Positions 49,206 to 61,022 of a DNA stretch of 64,000 bases are shown piece after piece. Under the pieces are notes generated by a model that was given only the letters and a program-made list of their open reading frames with translations, was not told the origin of the DNA and searched no databases. The stretch's first letter is position 1, and each line of letters starts with the position of its first letter. The position numbers were made by a program, and so were the translations under genes. This DNA is from an uncultured Gemmatimonadales bacterium (GTDB lineage: Bacteria; Gemmatimonadota; Gemmatimonadetes; Longimicrobiales; RSA9): contig CAVUKA010000005.1 in the NCBI GenBank assembly GCA_963741945.1, positions 128,001-192,000 on the forward strand. The letters are read 5' to 3'.

Positions 49206-49490
49206 CTAACGCACGCCGCTGTCGCCGATGTGGTCCTGCCTGGCCTTCGGGTCCGCGGGCGCGTCGAACGGCTCCGAGCGCGCGAACAGCTCGTCCAGCC
49301 GCGCCACCGGCACGTCCTCCAGGGCCCGGTCGGCCGACACGTCGGACGCTGCGATCTCCACCACGCGCCAGCCCCACGAGGTGTTGCTCGTGCAGTGGAA
49401 GATCACCGGGCGAAGCCCCGGATGCCCCTCCTCTGCTCCTTCCTCCGAGAGGTAGACGTCCCAGGTCTCGCCATTCGCGCGGTATTCCAT
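49206..49490 (-). CDS. Hypothetical protein
   Basis: MEYRANGETWDV...VIFHC...WRVVE...LDELFARSEPF; plausible codon usage. Confidence 0.55.
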   Translation of the reverse strand: MEYRANGETWDVYLSEEGAEEGHPGLRPVIFHCTSNTSWGWRVVEIAASDVSADRALEDVPVARLDELFARSEPFDAPADPKARQDHIGDSGVR

Positions 49491-49553
49491 GGCCCTTCGG
49501 GTGCGGTTCGTGCATTCCAGACCGGTCGACCCCTTCATCGAGACGCGAGAGCC

Positions 49554-50328
49554 ATGCCCACATGTCGGTTCCCCCGCCCCCGGCTCACCGCCGCCGCAGC
49601 AATCCTCGCCGCGGCCACGGTCCTCCACGTCGTGCGGAGGCGACCATGGCGCCCCGGGAGCCACCGAAGGCAGCGCCCGACCGGCCGCCGACACACCCGC
49701 GGCTGCCACGCCGGCACAACGCCGCGACCAGGTGACCGACACCGTGCAGGTGGAGGGGATGGCCGTCCCCATGCAGCTCCGCCTCTTCCGCTCCGGCGAT
49801 GACTTCCCGCTTCCGTTCAGCGCCTACGTGCCCGACGACATGGCCGCCGTGAGCGCGGCCGAGACTGACGGCGCCGCGTCCGTCCACTTCTACGCGGAGT
49901 TCGGAGGGCATCGGAACGAGGACGCGTTCGTCCACGTCTTCGTCCATCCCGAGGGGACGCGCGAGAACGAAGCGGTGGCTGCGGCGCGTGGCTACGAGAC
50001 GGGACGGGGCATCCCCGTGAGCCGCGGGCTGGAGCCGGTCCCGGACTCCGCGCGCGCCGCCGCCATTCCCTGGGCCGTTGCCGCGTACCACTTCCGCTAC
50101 CAGGGGGAGGGGGGAATCTGGTACGTGGGGAACATCGCCGTCGGGCAACACGCGGGGCGGTACTTCCAGGTCGTCCAGCACTACCCCGCCGAGTACGGCG
50201 ACGGCTTCGCGCCCCGCGCCTCCATCATCACCCGGACCTGGAGATGGGCCGACGACGGAGGCCTCCAGCCCGACTCGCCCACTCCGCCGCCCGTGGTCGG
50301 CGGAGTGGGTCAGCCGTCCGGCGGCTGA
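49554..50328 (+). pseudogene. Hypothetical lipoprotein with +1 frameshift at about 49625
   Basis: Signal MPTCRFPRPRLTAAAAILAAATVL in one frame joins TSCGGD...VEGM...LPFSAYVP...YPAEYGDGF in another if one C is removed, giving lipobox LTSC. Confidence 0.65.
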
Positions 50329-50337
50329 CAAAGGCGC

Positions 50338-52350
<2,013 letters not shown>

Positions 52351-52382
52351 CTACCCGGGATGCCCCCGGATGTGCCCGCTTT

Positions 52383-52775
52383 TCAACGGCTTTCGCCCCT
52401 GCCACGGCCGTTCCAGCGAGGGCGCGGAAACCCCGGACCGGAGCCCGCCCCATCCTCGCCCTCGTCGCCAGCCATCACGAAGTGGATCCGGCGGATCCGG
52501 CCCCGCGACCGGCCCTCGTTCAGGCGACGCCGGACATCGGCTTCCATCATCCGCAACTCCATGAGCCAGGCGCTGGAGCGCACCGCCACCACGAGCACAC
52601 CCTCCGAGACGTGCACCGGCTCGGCCACGGCGGCGATCCGATCGCCCACCCGCTCGGCCCAGTCATCCAGCGAGGCGGCCTCCTCCAGCCGCTCGCCCAG
52701 ACCGCTCCGGGCGAGATAGCGGGCGAGCGCCTCGGAAACTTTCATGGGCCCCTTCTTCTTGCTCCCCTCGCTCAT
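52383..52775 (-). CDS. DUF721 / DciA-like helicase loader protein
   Basis: WAERVGDRIAAVA, GVLVVAVRSSAWLMEL; recF-DUF721-gyrB order. Confidence 0.85.
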   Translation of the reverse strand: MSEGSKKKGPMKVSEALARYLARSGLGERLEEAASLDDWAERVGDRIAAVAEPVHVSEGVLVVAVRSSAWLMELRMMEADVRRRLNEGRSRGRIRRIHFVMAGDEGEDGAGSGPGFPRPRWNGRGRGESR

Positions 52776-53908
52776 GCCGCCGCCACGATCTGGCCGGAGG
52801 CGATGCGCCAGCGGGGGAGCGTGCCCCGTCGCACTTCGACGTCCGAAGGCTTGGGCGCCGTCAGCACCACCTGCCCGGGCTGGTCCTCGAGGAGCGCCAG
52901 GACGCGCTCGGAGCGCCCGGGATCCAGCTCCGCGAAGATGTCGTCCAGCAGGATGATCGGCGCGTGCGTCCGCCCCTCCCGGATCGTCTCCGCCTCCACC
53001 AGCCGCAGGGAGATCGCCGCAGTCCGCTGCTGACCCCCGGAGCCGAAGTCGCGCAGGTCGCGGCCGGCGGCGTGGTCGTCGCGGATGAAGCCGAGATCAT
53101 CGCGGTGCGGGCCCCGCAGCGTCACGCCCCGCTCGCGCTCGCGGGCCGCCAGCCGGTCCAGCGCCGCGCTCAGCTCGGTCCGGGCATCGGCGCCGGGCGC
53201 GAGCGGGCCCACGCTGGAGCGGTACTCGAGCCGCGCGGCCACCTCCCCGCCGATCCGCTCGTAGCGCTCCGCGAAGCCGTCCGCGTGCGATGCCACCCAG
53301 GCCGCCCGTGCCTCCATCACCTTGCCTCCCAGCTCCGCGACCGCCCCCGTCCACGGCTCGACCGCCGCCGTCCGCGCGCCCTCCTTGAGCAGCGCGTTCC
53401 GCTGCCGGAGCGCGTGCCGGTACCGCTGGAGCGCCGTCATGTAGCCCCGAACGTTCAGCGACAGCAGGATGTCCAGGAACCGCCGCCGCTCCGCCGGCGA
53501 GCCCGAGACGATGGACACGTCCGACGGCGAGAACACCACCATTCCCACCCTGCCCACCGCGTCACCCAGCCGCTCCGGCTCGGCCCCGTCGATGGTCACC
53601 CGCTTCTTCCGGCGACGGCGATCGTACGCGGCGGCGATCTCCAGCTCCCGCCCCGACCCCCGCTCCTGGAAGCGGCCACGGACGTGGAACGTGTCCTCCC
53701 CGAAGCGCGCGAGCTGGTCGTCCTGCGCGCCCCGGAACGAGCGGAAGATCTCGAGATAGTAGAGGGCTTCGACGAGATTGGTCTTCCCGGACCCGTTGGG
53801 CCCGATGACCGCCGCCCCGGTGGGCGGGAACACCAGGTCCAGGTCCGGAAAGTTCCGGAACTGGCGCAGACGGAGCTCACGACAGACCAGCTCGGGTGGG
53901 GCCTCCAT
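52772..53908 (-). CDS. recF: DNA replication/repair protein RecF
   Basis: QFRNF, GPNGSGKTNLVEA, GSPAERRRFLD, GPHRDD, SGGQQRT, LLDDIFAELD. Confidence 0.96.
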   Translation of the reverse strand: MEAPPELVCRELRLRQFRNFPDLDLVFPPTGAAVIGPNGSGKTNLVEALYYLEIFRSFRGAQDDQLARFGEDTFHVRGRFQERGSGRELEIAAAYDRRRRKKRVTIDGAEPERLGDAVGRVGMVVFSPSDVSIVSGSPAERRRFLDILLSLNVRGYMTALQRYRHALRQRNALLKEGARTAAVEPWTGAVAELGGKVMEARAAWVASHADGFAERYERIGGEVAARLEYRSSVGPLAPGADARTELSAALDRLAARERERGVTLRGPHRDDLGFIRDDHAAGRDLRDFGSGGQQRTAAISLRLVEAETIREGRTHAPIILLDDIFAELDPGRSERVLALLEDQPGQVVLTAPKPSDVEVRRGTLPRWRIASGQIVAAA

Positions 53909-53909
53909 G

Positions 53910-53945
53910 TGTGGAAAACCTATCACGCGTGCGCGCGCGCGGCAA
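53910..53945 (-). promoter_or_regulatory. recF promoter overlapped by a DnaA-box-like site
   Basis: TTGCCG-17 nt-TAGGTT (TG extended); TTTTCCACA at 53918-53910. Confidence 0.5.
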
Positions 53946-54018
53946 CTCGCGGCCACTCGCCGGCCCCGGCGTGCGCCAGCGCCAAGGCCGGGCCCCGCGG
54001 CCCCGCTTCCCGCTCTGC

Positions 54019-54804
54019 CTACTTCCCCCTGAACTCGGCCGAGCGCTTCTCCAGAAACGCGCCCATCCCCTCCCGCATGTCCTCCGTGGAAGCGAGCAGT
54101 CCGAACAGGTGCGACTCCAGGCCCAATCCCTCGTCGATCCCCGTCTCCAGGCTGCGGTCCACCGCCTCCAGTGCGAAGCGGAGCGCGATGGGGCCGTTCT
54201 TCAGGATGCTGTCCAGCAGCGCTTCGGCGACGATCCGAACCTGGTCGTGCGCCACCACCTTGTTCACCAGGCCGATCTCGTAGGCGCGCTGCGCATCGAT
54301 CATCTCGCCCGTGAGGACCATTTCCAGTGCCCGGCCCCGTCCCACGATCCGCGGGAGCCGCACCGTTCCGCCGTAGCCCGGGATGATCCCCAGCTTCACT
54401 TCCGGCAGCCCGAAGCGCGCTTTCTCACCGGCGATCCGGAGGTGGCAGGAAAGCGCCAGCTCCATCCCGCCACCCAGCGCGTAGCCGTTCACCGCCGCCA
54501 CCACCGGCTTGCCCATCCGCTCCAGGCGCCGGAAGGCGCTCTGCCCCTGGCGCGACACGCCGATCCCGCCAATGGAATCCATTTTCGCCAGCTCGGCGAT
54601 GTCGGCGCCGGCGACGAACGCCTTCTCCCCCTCGCCCGTCACCACCACTCCGCCCACGCCGTCATCCGCTTCCACCTCGCGGAACGCCGCGTCCAGCTCG
54701 TCGATGGTTTCCGCGTTCAGCGCGTTCAGCTTGTCCGGACGCGAAACGACGATGGTGGCCCGCCGCTCCGCCCGCTCCACCCGGATGTTCTTGTAGTCGG
54801 CCAT
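54019..54804 (-). CDS. Enoyl-CoA hydratase/isomerase
   Basis: RPDKLNAL, AFVAGADI, GYALGGGMELAL, LPEVKLGIIPGYGGT. Confidence 0.93.
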   Translation of the reverse strand: MADYKNIRVERAERRATIVVSRPDKLNALNAETIDELDAAFREVEADDGVGGVVVTGEGEKAFVAGADIAELAKMDSIGGIGVSRQGQSAFRRLERMGKPVVAAVNGYALGGGMELALSCHLRIAGEKARFGLPEVKLGIIPGYGGTVRLPRIVGRGRALEMVLTGEMIDAQRAYEIGLVNKVVAHDQVRIVAEALLDSILKNGPIALRFALEAVDRSLETGIDEGLGLESHLFGLLASTEDMREGMGAFLEKRSAEFRGK

Positions 54805-54892
54805 GGTTCGCTCGATTCTGGGGTTGATGACGGCGGGAATATAGACCTCCGCGGCATCGCTCTCAAACGTGCCACGCCGGGATCGCGGCGTC

Positions 54893-55042
54893 CGCGGAGA
54901 CGCGGAGATCGCGGAGAACATCAACAGCGGTCCACGCGGAGACGCGGAGATCGCGGAGAACATCAACAGCGGTCCACGCGGAGACGCGGAGATCGCGGAG
55001 AACATCAACAGCGGTCCACGCGGAGACGCGGAGATCGCGGAG
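54893..55042 (+). repeat. Tandem array of 42-bp units CGCGGAGACGCGGAGATCGCGGAGAACATCAACAGCGGTCCA (three full plus a core)
   Basis: Unit starts 54893, 54935, 54977, 55019; identical copies. Confidence 0.93.
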
Positions 55043-55159
55043 GGCCTGCCGGGCGGGGCCGGGAGAGCTGCCCGGAACGCTGGGGGGCAATATCAGAAGA
55101 ATCGGGCGTCGGCGCCGGGCCGGGCGCCGCCCCGGCGGCTGCCACACACGCGGGCCTCT

Positions 55160-55185
55160 CTCCGCGCTCTCCGCGGCTTCGCGTG
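55160..55185 (-). repeat. Inverted CGCGGAG-family core closing the 54893 array
   Basis: CTCCGCGCTCTCCGCGGCTTCGCGTG; followed by an 18-bp duplication CGCTTCCTTCGCGCCGTC at about 55198-55233. Confidence 0.8.
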
Positions 55186-55254
55186 CCCGGTGTTCTTCGC
55201 TTCCTTCGCGCCGTCCGCTTCCTTCGCGCCGTCGCTTGCTCCGCGCACTCTGGC

Positions 55255-57879
55255 TCAGCGCTCGCCCGCCGTCCCGCGCACCACGCCCTCGACGAGCCGC
55301 TCCGGGTCGAACCAGCGCCGCGTGGCCTCCTGCACGTGCTCCCGGGTGACGCCGCGGATCCGCGACTCGAGTTCCCGGATCTCCTCGAGGCCGCCACCGA
55401 GCATGAGGGCGGCGGCGAGCTCGCTCAGCTGCGCAGCGTTGCTCTGAGTGCGGATCTGCCAGGAGCCGACCGTGTAGCGCCGCGCGCGCTCCAGCTCGTC
55501 CTCCGTGGGGGGGTCATCCCGCAGGCGGAGCAGCTCGGAGAGAAGCGCCTCCCGGGCCTCGTCGCCCCGGTCCCTGGCGGATGCGATGTAGCCCACGAAC
55601 GCCCCGGCCTGGCGACGCACGAGCGGGTAGGCGGTGACGGTGTACGCCAGGGAGCGGCGGCTCCGCAGCTCCTCGAACAGTCGGTTGCCGAGCCCGCTGA
55701 CGGCGTTCGACAGCACTTCCATCACGGGCCGGTCTTCGTGCCCGCGGGACGGCCCGGGGAACGCCAGGGCGCGCGCGGTCTGGGCCCGCTCGCGCGTGGT
55801 GGCCCGGATGACGGGGCGGGCGGGCCAGGCCGGCTCGGGCTCGAGCGTTCGGACGGTCCGGGTGGGCGTGCCCACGTGGGCGGAGACAACGTCCGCCACC
55901 TGTTCGGGCGCCACATCGCCCACCACGAAGATCCAGGGCTCCGCGAGCTCTTCCGCGTGCCAGCGTCGCAGCGGCTCCGGGCCGAGGCGGGCCACGGCCT
56001 CGGCGACCTCTTCGGGCGAGCGGCCGTACGGGTGGCCGGCGAACGCGGCCGAGAGCATGAGCCGGAGCGGGTAGCGGTACATGTCGTCCCGCAGCCGCTC
56101 GAGATCCGCCAGCACCATGTCGCGCTCCCGCTCCACTTCCGCGTCCGGGAACGACGGGTGCAGCGCCACGTCCGCCAGGAGGGCGAAACCCTCCCGGAAA
56201 TGCTCCGCCGGTACCGTCAGCTCCCAGGAGAGGAGGTCGGCGCCGGCCGAAGCCGCAATGCTGCCACCGAGCCGCTCGGTTTCCAGCGCGATCCGCTCGG
56301 CGCTCCGCGTGGCCGTCCCCTTCACGGAGGTGCGCATCACCAGGCCTGTGATCCCTGCCACGTCCGGCGTCTCGTGCAGCACGCCGCCCCGTCGGGCCAG
56401 CGCCATCGACACGAGCGGCGCGTGCGAGCGCGGCTTGACCACGAGGCGGCCGCCCTCCAGCGGATACTGCACCACGCCATCGACAGTCTCCGGCGAGCCC
56501 AGGACCATGGGTGCGGCCAGCGGCGGTGCGGTGCCGGTGCCGGTGGAGACGGCCGCCCACGCCCCGGAGGGTGCGGCCCCGGCGAGGGCGGGTACGAGCC
56601 CGTCGTCGCCCCAGTCCAGCGCGTCGGCGCCGTCGGGGCGGTAGACCAGGGCGGTCATGCGGTCGGGCGCCAGGTACCGTGCGGCGGCGGCGCCGACCTG
56701 GTCCACCTCGATCCCGCGGAGGCGATCCAGGTAGCCGCCGGCCTTGCGCCAGTCCCCCAGCGCCTGCCATTCGGCCAGCAGATTGGCCTGGCCCTCGGCC
56801 GTTTCCAGCCGCCGCAGGAGCCTCGCCTCCAGCAGCGTCTGCACACGCTCGAGCTCCCCCCGCCCCGCGTCGCCGGTGCGCACGCGCTCCACTTCACCCC
56901 ACGCGGCCCGGAGCGCATCGGCCGTCCGCCCCGCTTCGCACTCCAGCCCGATGCCGAAGACGCCGATGTCCGCGGGCGTGTAGTTGTACGCGTCCACGCT
57001 GGAAGCCAGACCGCGCTCGCGCACGCCGCGGTAGAGGCGGGAGGCTCTCCCCTGTCCCAGCAGGACGCCGAGCACGTCCAGGGCCGGGGTGTCCTCGTGC
57101 AGCTCGCCCGGGGAACGCCAGCCCAGCTCCACGTACGTGTGAGCGATGTCGCCGCTCAGCTCCCGCAGCCGCGGCCCGGTCCGGGGTGGCTCGGAATGCT
57201 CCACCCGGTCCGGCGCCCCCGGCGGCAGCCCGGCATAGAGCGTCTCCACGCGGTCGATAATGCGAGGAGGATCGACGTCGCCGGAAACCACCAGCGTGAT
57301 GTTCCCGGCACGGTACATGGACCGGTAGTAGTCGAAGACCTGCGCCCGCTCGAGCCGCTCCAGCCCCTCCTCCGTCCCCATTCGCCAGCGCCGGATCGGG
57401 TGCACGTCGAACATGGCCTCGTACAGCTTCTCCGTGGCCATGGCACCGGGGTTGTCGTACTTCCGGTTCACTTCCTCGATGATCACGAGCAGCTCCTTCC
57501 GGAGCTCTTCCTCGTCGATCTGGGAGTGGATCAGCGCGTCCGCCTGGATGTCCAGACCCATGTCCACGGCCGCCGCCGGCAGCACCGTGTAATACGACGT
57601 GTGGTCGTAGATCGTCCCCGCGTTCAGGTACCCGCCCGCCCCCTTCGTCGCCCGGGCGATCTCCCCCACCCCGCGCCGCTCCGTCCCCTTGAAGAACATG
57701 TGCTCCAGCACGTGGCTGATCCCCACCAGCTCGTCCGGCTCGTCGAAGTAGCCGGCGCGCACGTGGGTCACGATGGCCACCACGGGCGCCGCGTGCACTT
57801 CGCGCACGAGGAGCGTGAGGCCATTTTCGAGTCGATGCTCGACGGGTCGGATGCGATCCAGCAGCTCGGTTCCGGTCAT
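55255..57879 (-). CDS. M16 family (pitrilysin-like) zinc peptidase, fused two-half type
   Basis: LENGL, SHVLEHMFFKGT (HxxEH), NAGT, RLYRGVRE, RLFEELR..LAY; ATG 57888 alternative start. Confidence 0.92.
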   Translation of the reverse strand: MTGTELLDRIRPVEHRLENGLTLLVREVHAAPVVAIVTHVRAGYFDEPDELVGISHVLEHMFFKGTERRGVGEIARATKGAGGYLNAGTIYDHTSYYTVLPAAAVDMGLDIQADALIHSQIDEEELRKELLVIIEEVNRKYDNPGAMATEKLYEAMFDVHPIRRWRMGTEEGLERLERAQVFDYYRSMYRAGNITLVVSGDVDPPRIIDRVETLYAGLPPGAPDRVEHSEPPRTGPRLRELSGDIAHTYVELGWRSPGELHEDTPALDVLGVLLGQGRASRLYRGVRERGLASSVDAYNYTPADIGVFGIGLECEAGRTADALRAAWGEVERVRTGDAGRGELERVQTLLEARLLRRLETAEGQANLLAEWQALGDWRKAGGYLDRLRGIEVDQVGAAAARYLAPDRMTALVYRPDGADALDWGDDGLVPALAGAAPSGAWAAVSTGTGTAPPLAAPMVLGSPETVDGVVQYPLEGGRLVVKPRSHAPLVSMALARRGGVLHETPDVAGITGLVMRTSVKGTATRSAERIALETERLGGSIAASAGADLLSWELTVPAEHFREGFALLADVALHPSFPDAEVERERDMVLADLERLRDDMYRYPLRLMLSAAFAGHPYGRSPEEVAEAVARLGPEPLRRWHAEELAEPWIFVVGDVAPEQVADVVSAHVGTPTRTVRTLEPEPAWPARPVIRATTRERAQTARALAFPGPSRGHEDRPVMEVLSNAVSGLGNRLFEELRSRRSLAYTVTAYPLVRRQAGAFVGYIASARDRGDEAREALLSELLRLRDDPPTEDELERARRYTVGSWQIRTQSNAAQLSELAAALMLGGGLEEIRELESRIRGVTREHVQEATRRWFDPERLVEGVVRGTAGER

Positions 57880-57981
57880 GGGCTCCATCCGGGCATGAAC
57901 TTTTCGTGCCGTTGCGCACGGCCGGCAATGGCCCGCAATCTGATCACGGGACGCGTGACCACAACCCTGGAGACCGAAAAC

Positions 57982-58821
57982 GTGCTCGTCTACCTGAACC
58001 GTGAATACATCCCGCTGGAGGAGGCCAGAGTGTCCGTGCAGGACCGCGGCTTCCTCCTGGCCGACGGCGTCTACGAGGTCATCCGGATCTACGCCGGCCG
58101 GGCACACGAGCCGGAAAAGCACTTCGAGCGGATGCGGAACGGCCTGACTGCCCTCGACATCGACGTCCGTTCCCTCCGGCAGGTCGAGACCGCCGCATAC
58201 CGCCTCATGCGTGAGAACGGGATCGAGGGTGCGGGGGCCATATACGCACAGGTCACCCGGGGCGCGGCACCACGAAGCCATGCGTTCCCGCCGGAAGGGA
58301 CCCCGCCCACCGTGTACGTCAGGGTCTACCCCTACACGCCGTATCCGGAGACGCTCTGGGAAGATGGCGCGGACGCCATCACGGTTCCGGACAACCGCTG
58401 GGCACGCTGCGATATCAAGTCCATCGCGCTCCTGCCCAACGTCCTGGCGAATCAGGCGGCCCATGCCGCCGACGCTTTCGAGGCACTCTTCGTCAGGGAC
58501 GGCGTGATCACCGAAGGATCCCACTCCAACGTGTGGGCCGTGCGCGCTGGGACGCTGATCACGTACCCTTCCTGCAACTACATCCTGTCCGGCATCACGC
58601 GCGCCCGGGTGTTCGAGCTGGCACACGACCTCGGGATCCCCGCGCAGGAGGCCCCGGTCTTCGCCCACGAGCTCGACCGCGTCGACGAGGTCTTCCTGTC
58701 CGGAACCACCACGGAGATCATGCCGGTCGTGCGCGTGGACGGACGGGAGATCGTGGACGGACAGCCCGGGCCCCTCACCTCCAAGCTCCGTGACGCGTTC
58801 CGGGCCAGCCTGCCCCGGTAG
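57982..58821 (+). CDS. dat: D-amino-acid aminotransferase (class IV PLP)
   Basis: DRGFLLADGVYE, YAQVTRG, RWARCDIKS..LLPNVL, TEGSHSN, ILSGITR. Confidence 0.88.
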   Translation: MLVYLNREYIPLEEARVSVQDRGFLLADGVYEVIRIYAGRAHEPEKHFERMRNGLTALDIDVRSLRQVETAAYRLMRENGIEGAGAIYAQVTRGAAPRSHAFPPEGTPPTVYVRVYPYTPYPETLWEDGADAITVPDNRWARCDIKSIALLPNVLANQAAHAADAFEALFVRDGVITEGSHSNVWAVRAGTLITYPSCNYILSGITRARVFELAHDLGIPAQEAPVFAHELDRVDEVFLSGTTTEIMPVVRVDGREIVDGQPGPLTSKLRDAFRASLPR

Positions 58822-59020
58822 CCGGCCGCCCGAACGGTCGGCGGCGACTGTCGGCTGCCCGGCCGCCCCACGCGGGCGGGGGCGTCCGCCCGGGGCTTCC
58901 CGACGTGCCATGGATCCGCCCGGCTACCCGCGCCACCTTGCCGGAGCCGCCCGGGCGGCCTAGCGTTGGGAAGCGCCGGCCCGCCCGGCTCACGTACACC
59001 TCCACGCCAGTTGCCAACGA

Positions 59021-59500
59021 ATGAGCCGTTCCCTGAACAAAGTCATGCTGATCGGGAATGTCGGAGCGGAGCCGGAGATCCGGTCCACCGCGTCCGGCAC
59101 CCGCGTGGCCAAGCTGTCGCTGGCCACCAACCGCACGTTCCCCGACCGCTCCGGCCAGCAGCAGGAGAAGACGGAGTGGCACCGCCTCACGTTCTTCGGC
59201 AAGATCGTCGACGTGATCGAGCGGTACGTCCACAAGGGTGACCGCCTCTACGTCGAGGGCCGGATCGAGTACTCCCAGACCCAGGACGAGCAGGGCAACG
59301 TCAAGTACTGGACCGATATCGTGGTCAACGACATGGTCATGCTCGGAGCCGGCGGCGGCGGCGGCGAGGCCGCCGGCGGCTATGGAGGCGGCGGAGGCGG
59401 CGGGGGCGGCGGCGGGTTCTCCGGTGGGGGCGGCCAGGGTCGCGACCAGGAGCCCTCCGGCGGCAGCCCCTTCGACCAGGACGACGACCTGCCCTTCTGA
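59021..59500 (+). CDS. ssb: Single-stranded DNA-binding protein
   Basis: SLNKVMLIGN, KTEWHR, LYVEGRI, Gly-rich linker, DDDLPF tail. Confidence 0.97.
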   Translation: MSRSLNKVMLIGNVGAEPEIRSTASGTRVAKLSLATNRTFPDRSGQQQEKTEWHRLTFFGKIVDVIERYVHKGDRLYVEGRIEYSQTQDEQGNVKYWTDIVVNDMVMLGAGGGGGEAAGGYGGGGGGGGGGGFSGGGGQGRDQEPSGGSPFDQDDDLPF

Positions 59501-59518
59501 GGCAGGCCGGATCCCGGA

Positions 59519-59875
59519 TCAGCCGGATTCCGGAGCGTCTCCGGGGCGAGGATCGCCTCGATCACCTCCGGAATCCGCCGGGGCTTCGTCGTACTTCTCC
59601 CATTCGGCCCGGACCCTCCGGGCATCCGCGGGTCTCCCGAGTGCCTCGTAGTCCGTCGCCAGGTCCTGCCTGGCCGCCTGCAGCCAGCTGACCGAGGGAT
59701 CGGTCTTCCCATGCAGGATCTCGTAGCCCGCCCTGGACTCCCGCTCCGCCTCCTTCCACCGGTCCTGCCGGAGGAGCGCGCGGCCGAGCTTGATCCTGGC
59801 GATTCCGGTGTTCATGTCTTCCGGCGAGAGCCTGTTCGTGAAGATGCGAACGGCCTCCCTGAACAGCCGCTCCGC
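59519..59875 (-). pseudogene. 5'-truncated TPR remnant, resembling the C-terminus of TPR-containing Ser/Thr kinases
   Basis: Coding-like AERLFREAVRIFTNRLSPEDMNTGIARIKLGRALL...YEALGRP extends upstream of the only ATG with no start before an in-frame TGA. Confidence 0.55.
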
Positions 59876-59900
59876 CCCCGTGGCGGCGGGCCGCGCCTTC

Positions 59901-60164
59901 CTACGGCCGGCTCAGCCGCTTCCTCGCCGCGGCCTCATCCGGCGGCAGCGCGTCGGGCGACGACGCGACCAGCAGCTCTCCGGGCGCGAACGTCCGGATC
60001 TCCGGGTCCCCGTCCAGCTGGACTTCCACCTTGTGCGGGAAGTACTGCGAGTTCTCCACCACCATTCCCTTCCGCCCCACCAGCCGGGGGTCGGCTGGGA
60101 AGCGGCCGCGCGTCACTTCCACCCGCGAGCCCACCGGGATCACCGATCGTTCCGTAATCGCCAT
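59901..60164 (-). CDS. Small hypothetical protein (SH3/KOW-like pattern)
   Basis: GAGGAG RBS; IPVGSRVEV..GRKGMVV..VEVQLDG..RTFAPGEL. Confidence 0.65.
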   Translation of the reverse strand: MAITERSVIPVGSRVEVTRGRFPADPRLVGRKGMVVENSQYFPHKVEVQLDGDPEIRTFAPGELLVASSPDALPPDEAAARKRLSRP

Positions 60165-60359
60165 TGCCACTCCTCGTCCGTTGCCGTGGAGCCGAAGGAT
60201 GGCGCAAGGCGGCATGCACCCGCAACCCGGCGGCCCCACCGCCACCGACCACCACACGGCCTGCTGTTGCCGACCTTCGCCGCCCTCGTGCCTCCGCTTG
60301 CCGCAGCCGCCGGGCCGCCACTATCTTCGCTTCCCCGAACCCGACTCCGAGGCCAGGAC

Positions 60360-60599
60360 ATGCAGGAAACACGCAACATCTCCCGCGGGGTAGCCACCAT
60401 CCCCGGCTTCATCATCGGCGTGCTGTGGCTCGCCATGGCCGCGACAACCATCTGGAGCTCCGCACGCGGATACGCCAACGGACGCCCCGACTGGGGCCTC
60501 GGATGGGCGATCGTGGGGTTCTTCCTCGCCGCCGCCGGCCTCTCCGCCCTGGTCGGCACCTGGTGGCACAACTTCCGGGTGGCACGCCGCGACCACTAG
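60360..60599 (+). CDS. Small two-TM membrane protein
   Basis: Two hydrophobic helices joined by GYANGRPDW. Confidence 0.65.
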   Translation: MQETRNISRGVATIPGFIIGVLWLAMAATTIWSSARGYANGRPDWGLGWAIVGFFLAAAGLSALVGTWWHNFRVARRDH

Positions 60600-60626
60600 C
60601 AGCCGGCTGGCCCCGGTCAGCCCCAC

Positions 60627-60956
60627 CTACCCGCCCGGCGTCACGTCCTTCCAGAACCCGAGCATCTCCGCATCGTATCGAGCCGGCGACGCCACGTACG
60701 CGACCCGCCATTCCTCGAATTCCGGGAGCGACATCCGCTGCAGCAGCGACTCCGTCGCACGCTGCACCAGCACGCGGTAGCTCTCGTCGGCAGGATGCGG
60801 CGGAGAAGGCGGCGGACCCGACGGCTCGGCACCGCCTTCCGGCCGCGCAAGCGTATAGATCTCTTCAGGGCTCAGATCGAGAAAACGCTCCGCCACCCGG
60901 GCTGAACACCAGTCCAGGTACTTCGCTCGCAGCGTCCGCTCCCCAGCTCCATCCAT
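60627..60956 (-). CDS. Hypothetical protein
   Basis: LRAKYLDWCSARVAERFL.LSPEEIY; LPEFEEW..AY..P.RY..EMLGFW. Confidence 0.7.
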   Translation of the reverse strand: MDGAGERTLRAKYLDWCSARVAERFLDLSPEEIYTLARPEGGAEPSGPPPSPPHPADESYRVLVQRATESLLQRMSLPEFEEWRVAYVASPARYDAEMLGFWKDVTPGG

Positions 60957-61022
60957 TCGGTCCGCCGATGCTCGGGATCACCGCTCCAACGCCCCAAGCC
61001 TAGAGCGGCGCCCGGATGCCCG

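Noticed and set aside
53896-57981. 1641-aa giant ORF as a fusion protein
   Set aside because: Only the last 279 aa (D-amino-acid aminotransferase) are real; the rest is antisense to the hydratase and M16 peptidase genes.
59349-59432. GGC-rich microsatellite
   Set aside because: Encodes the ordinary Gly-rich linker of SSB.
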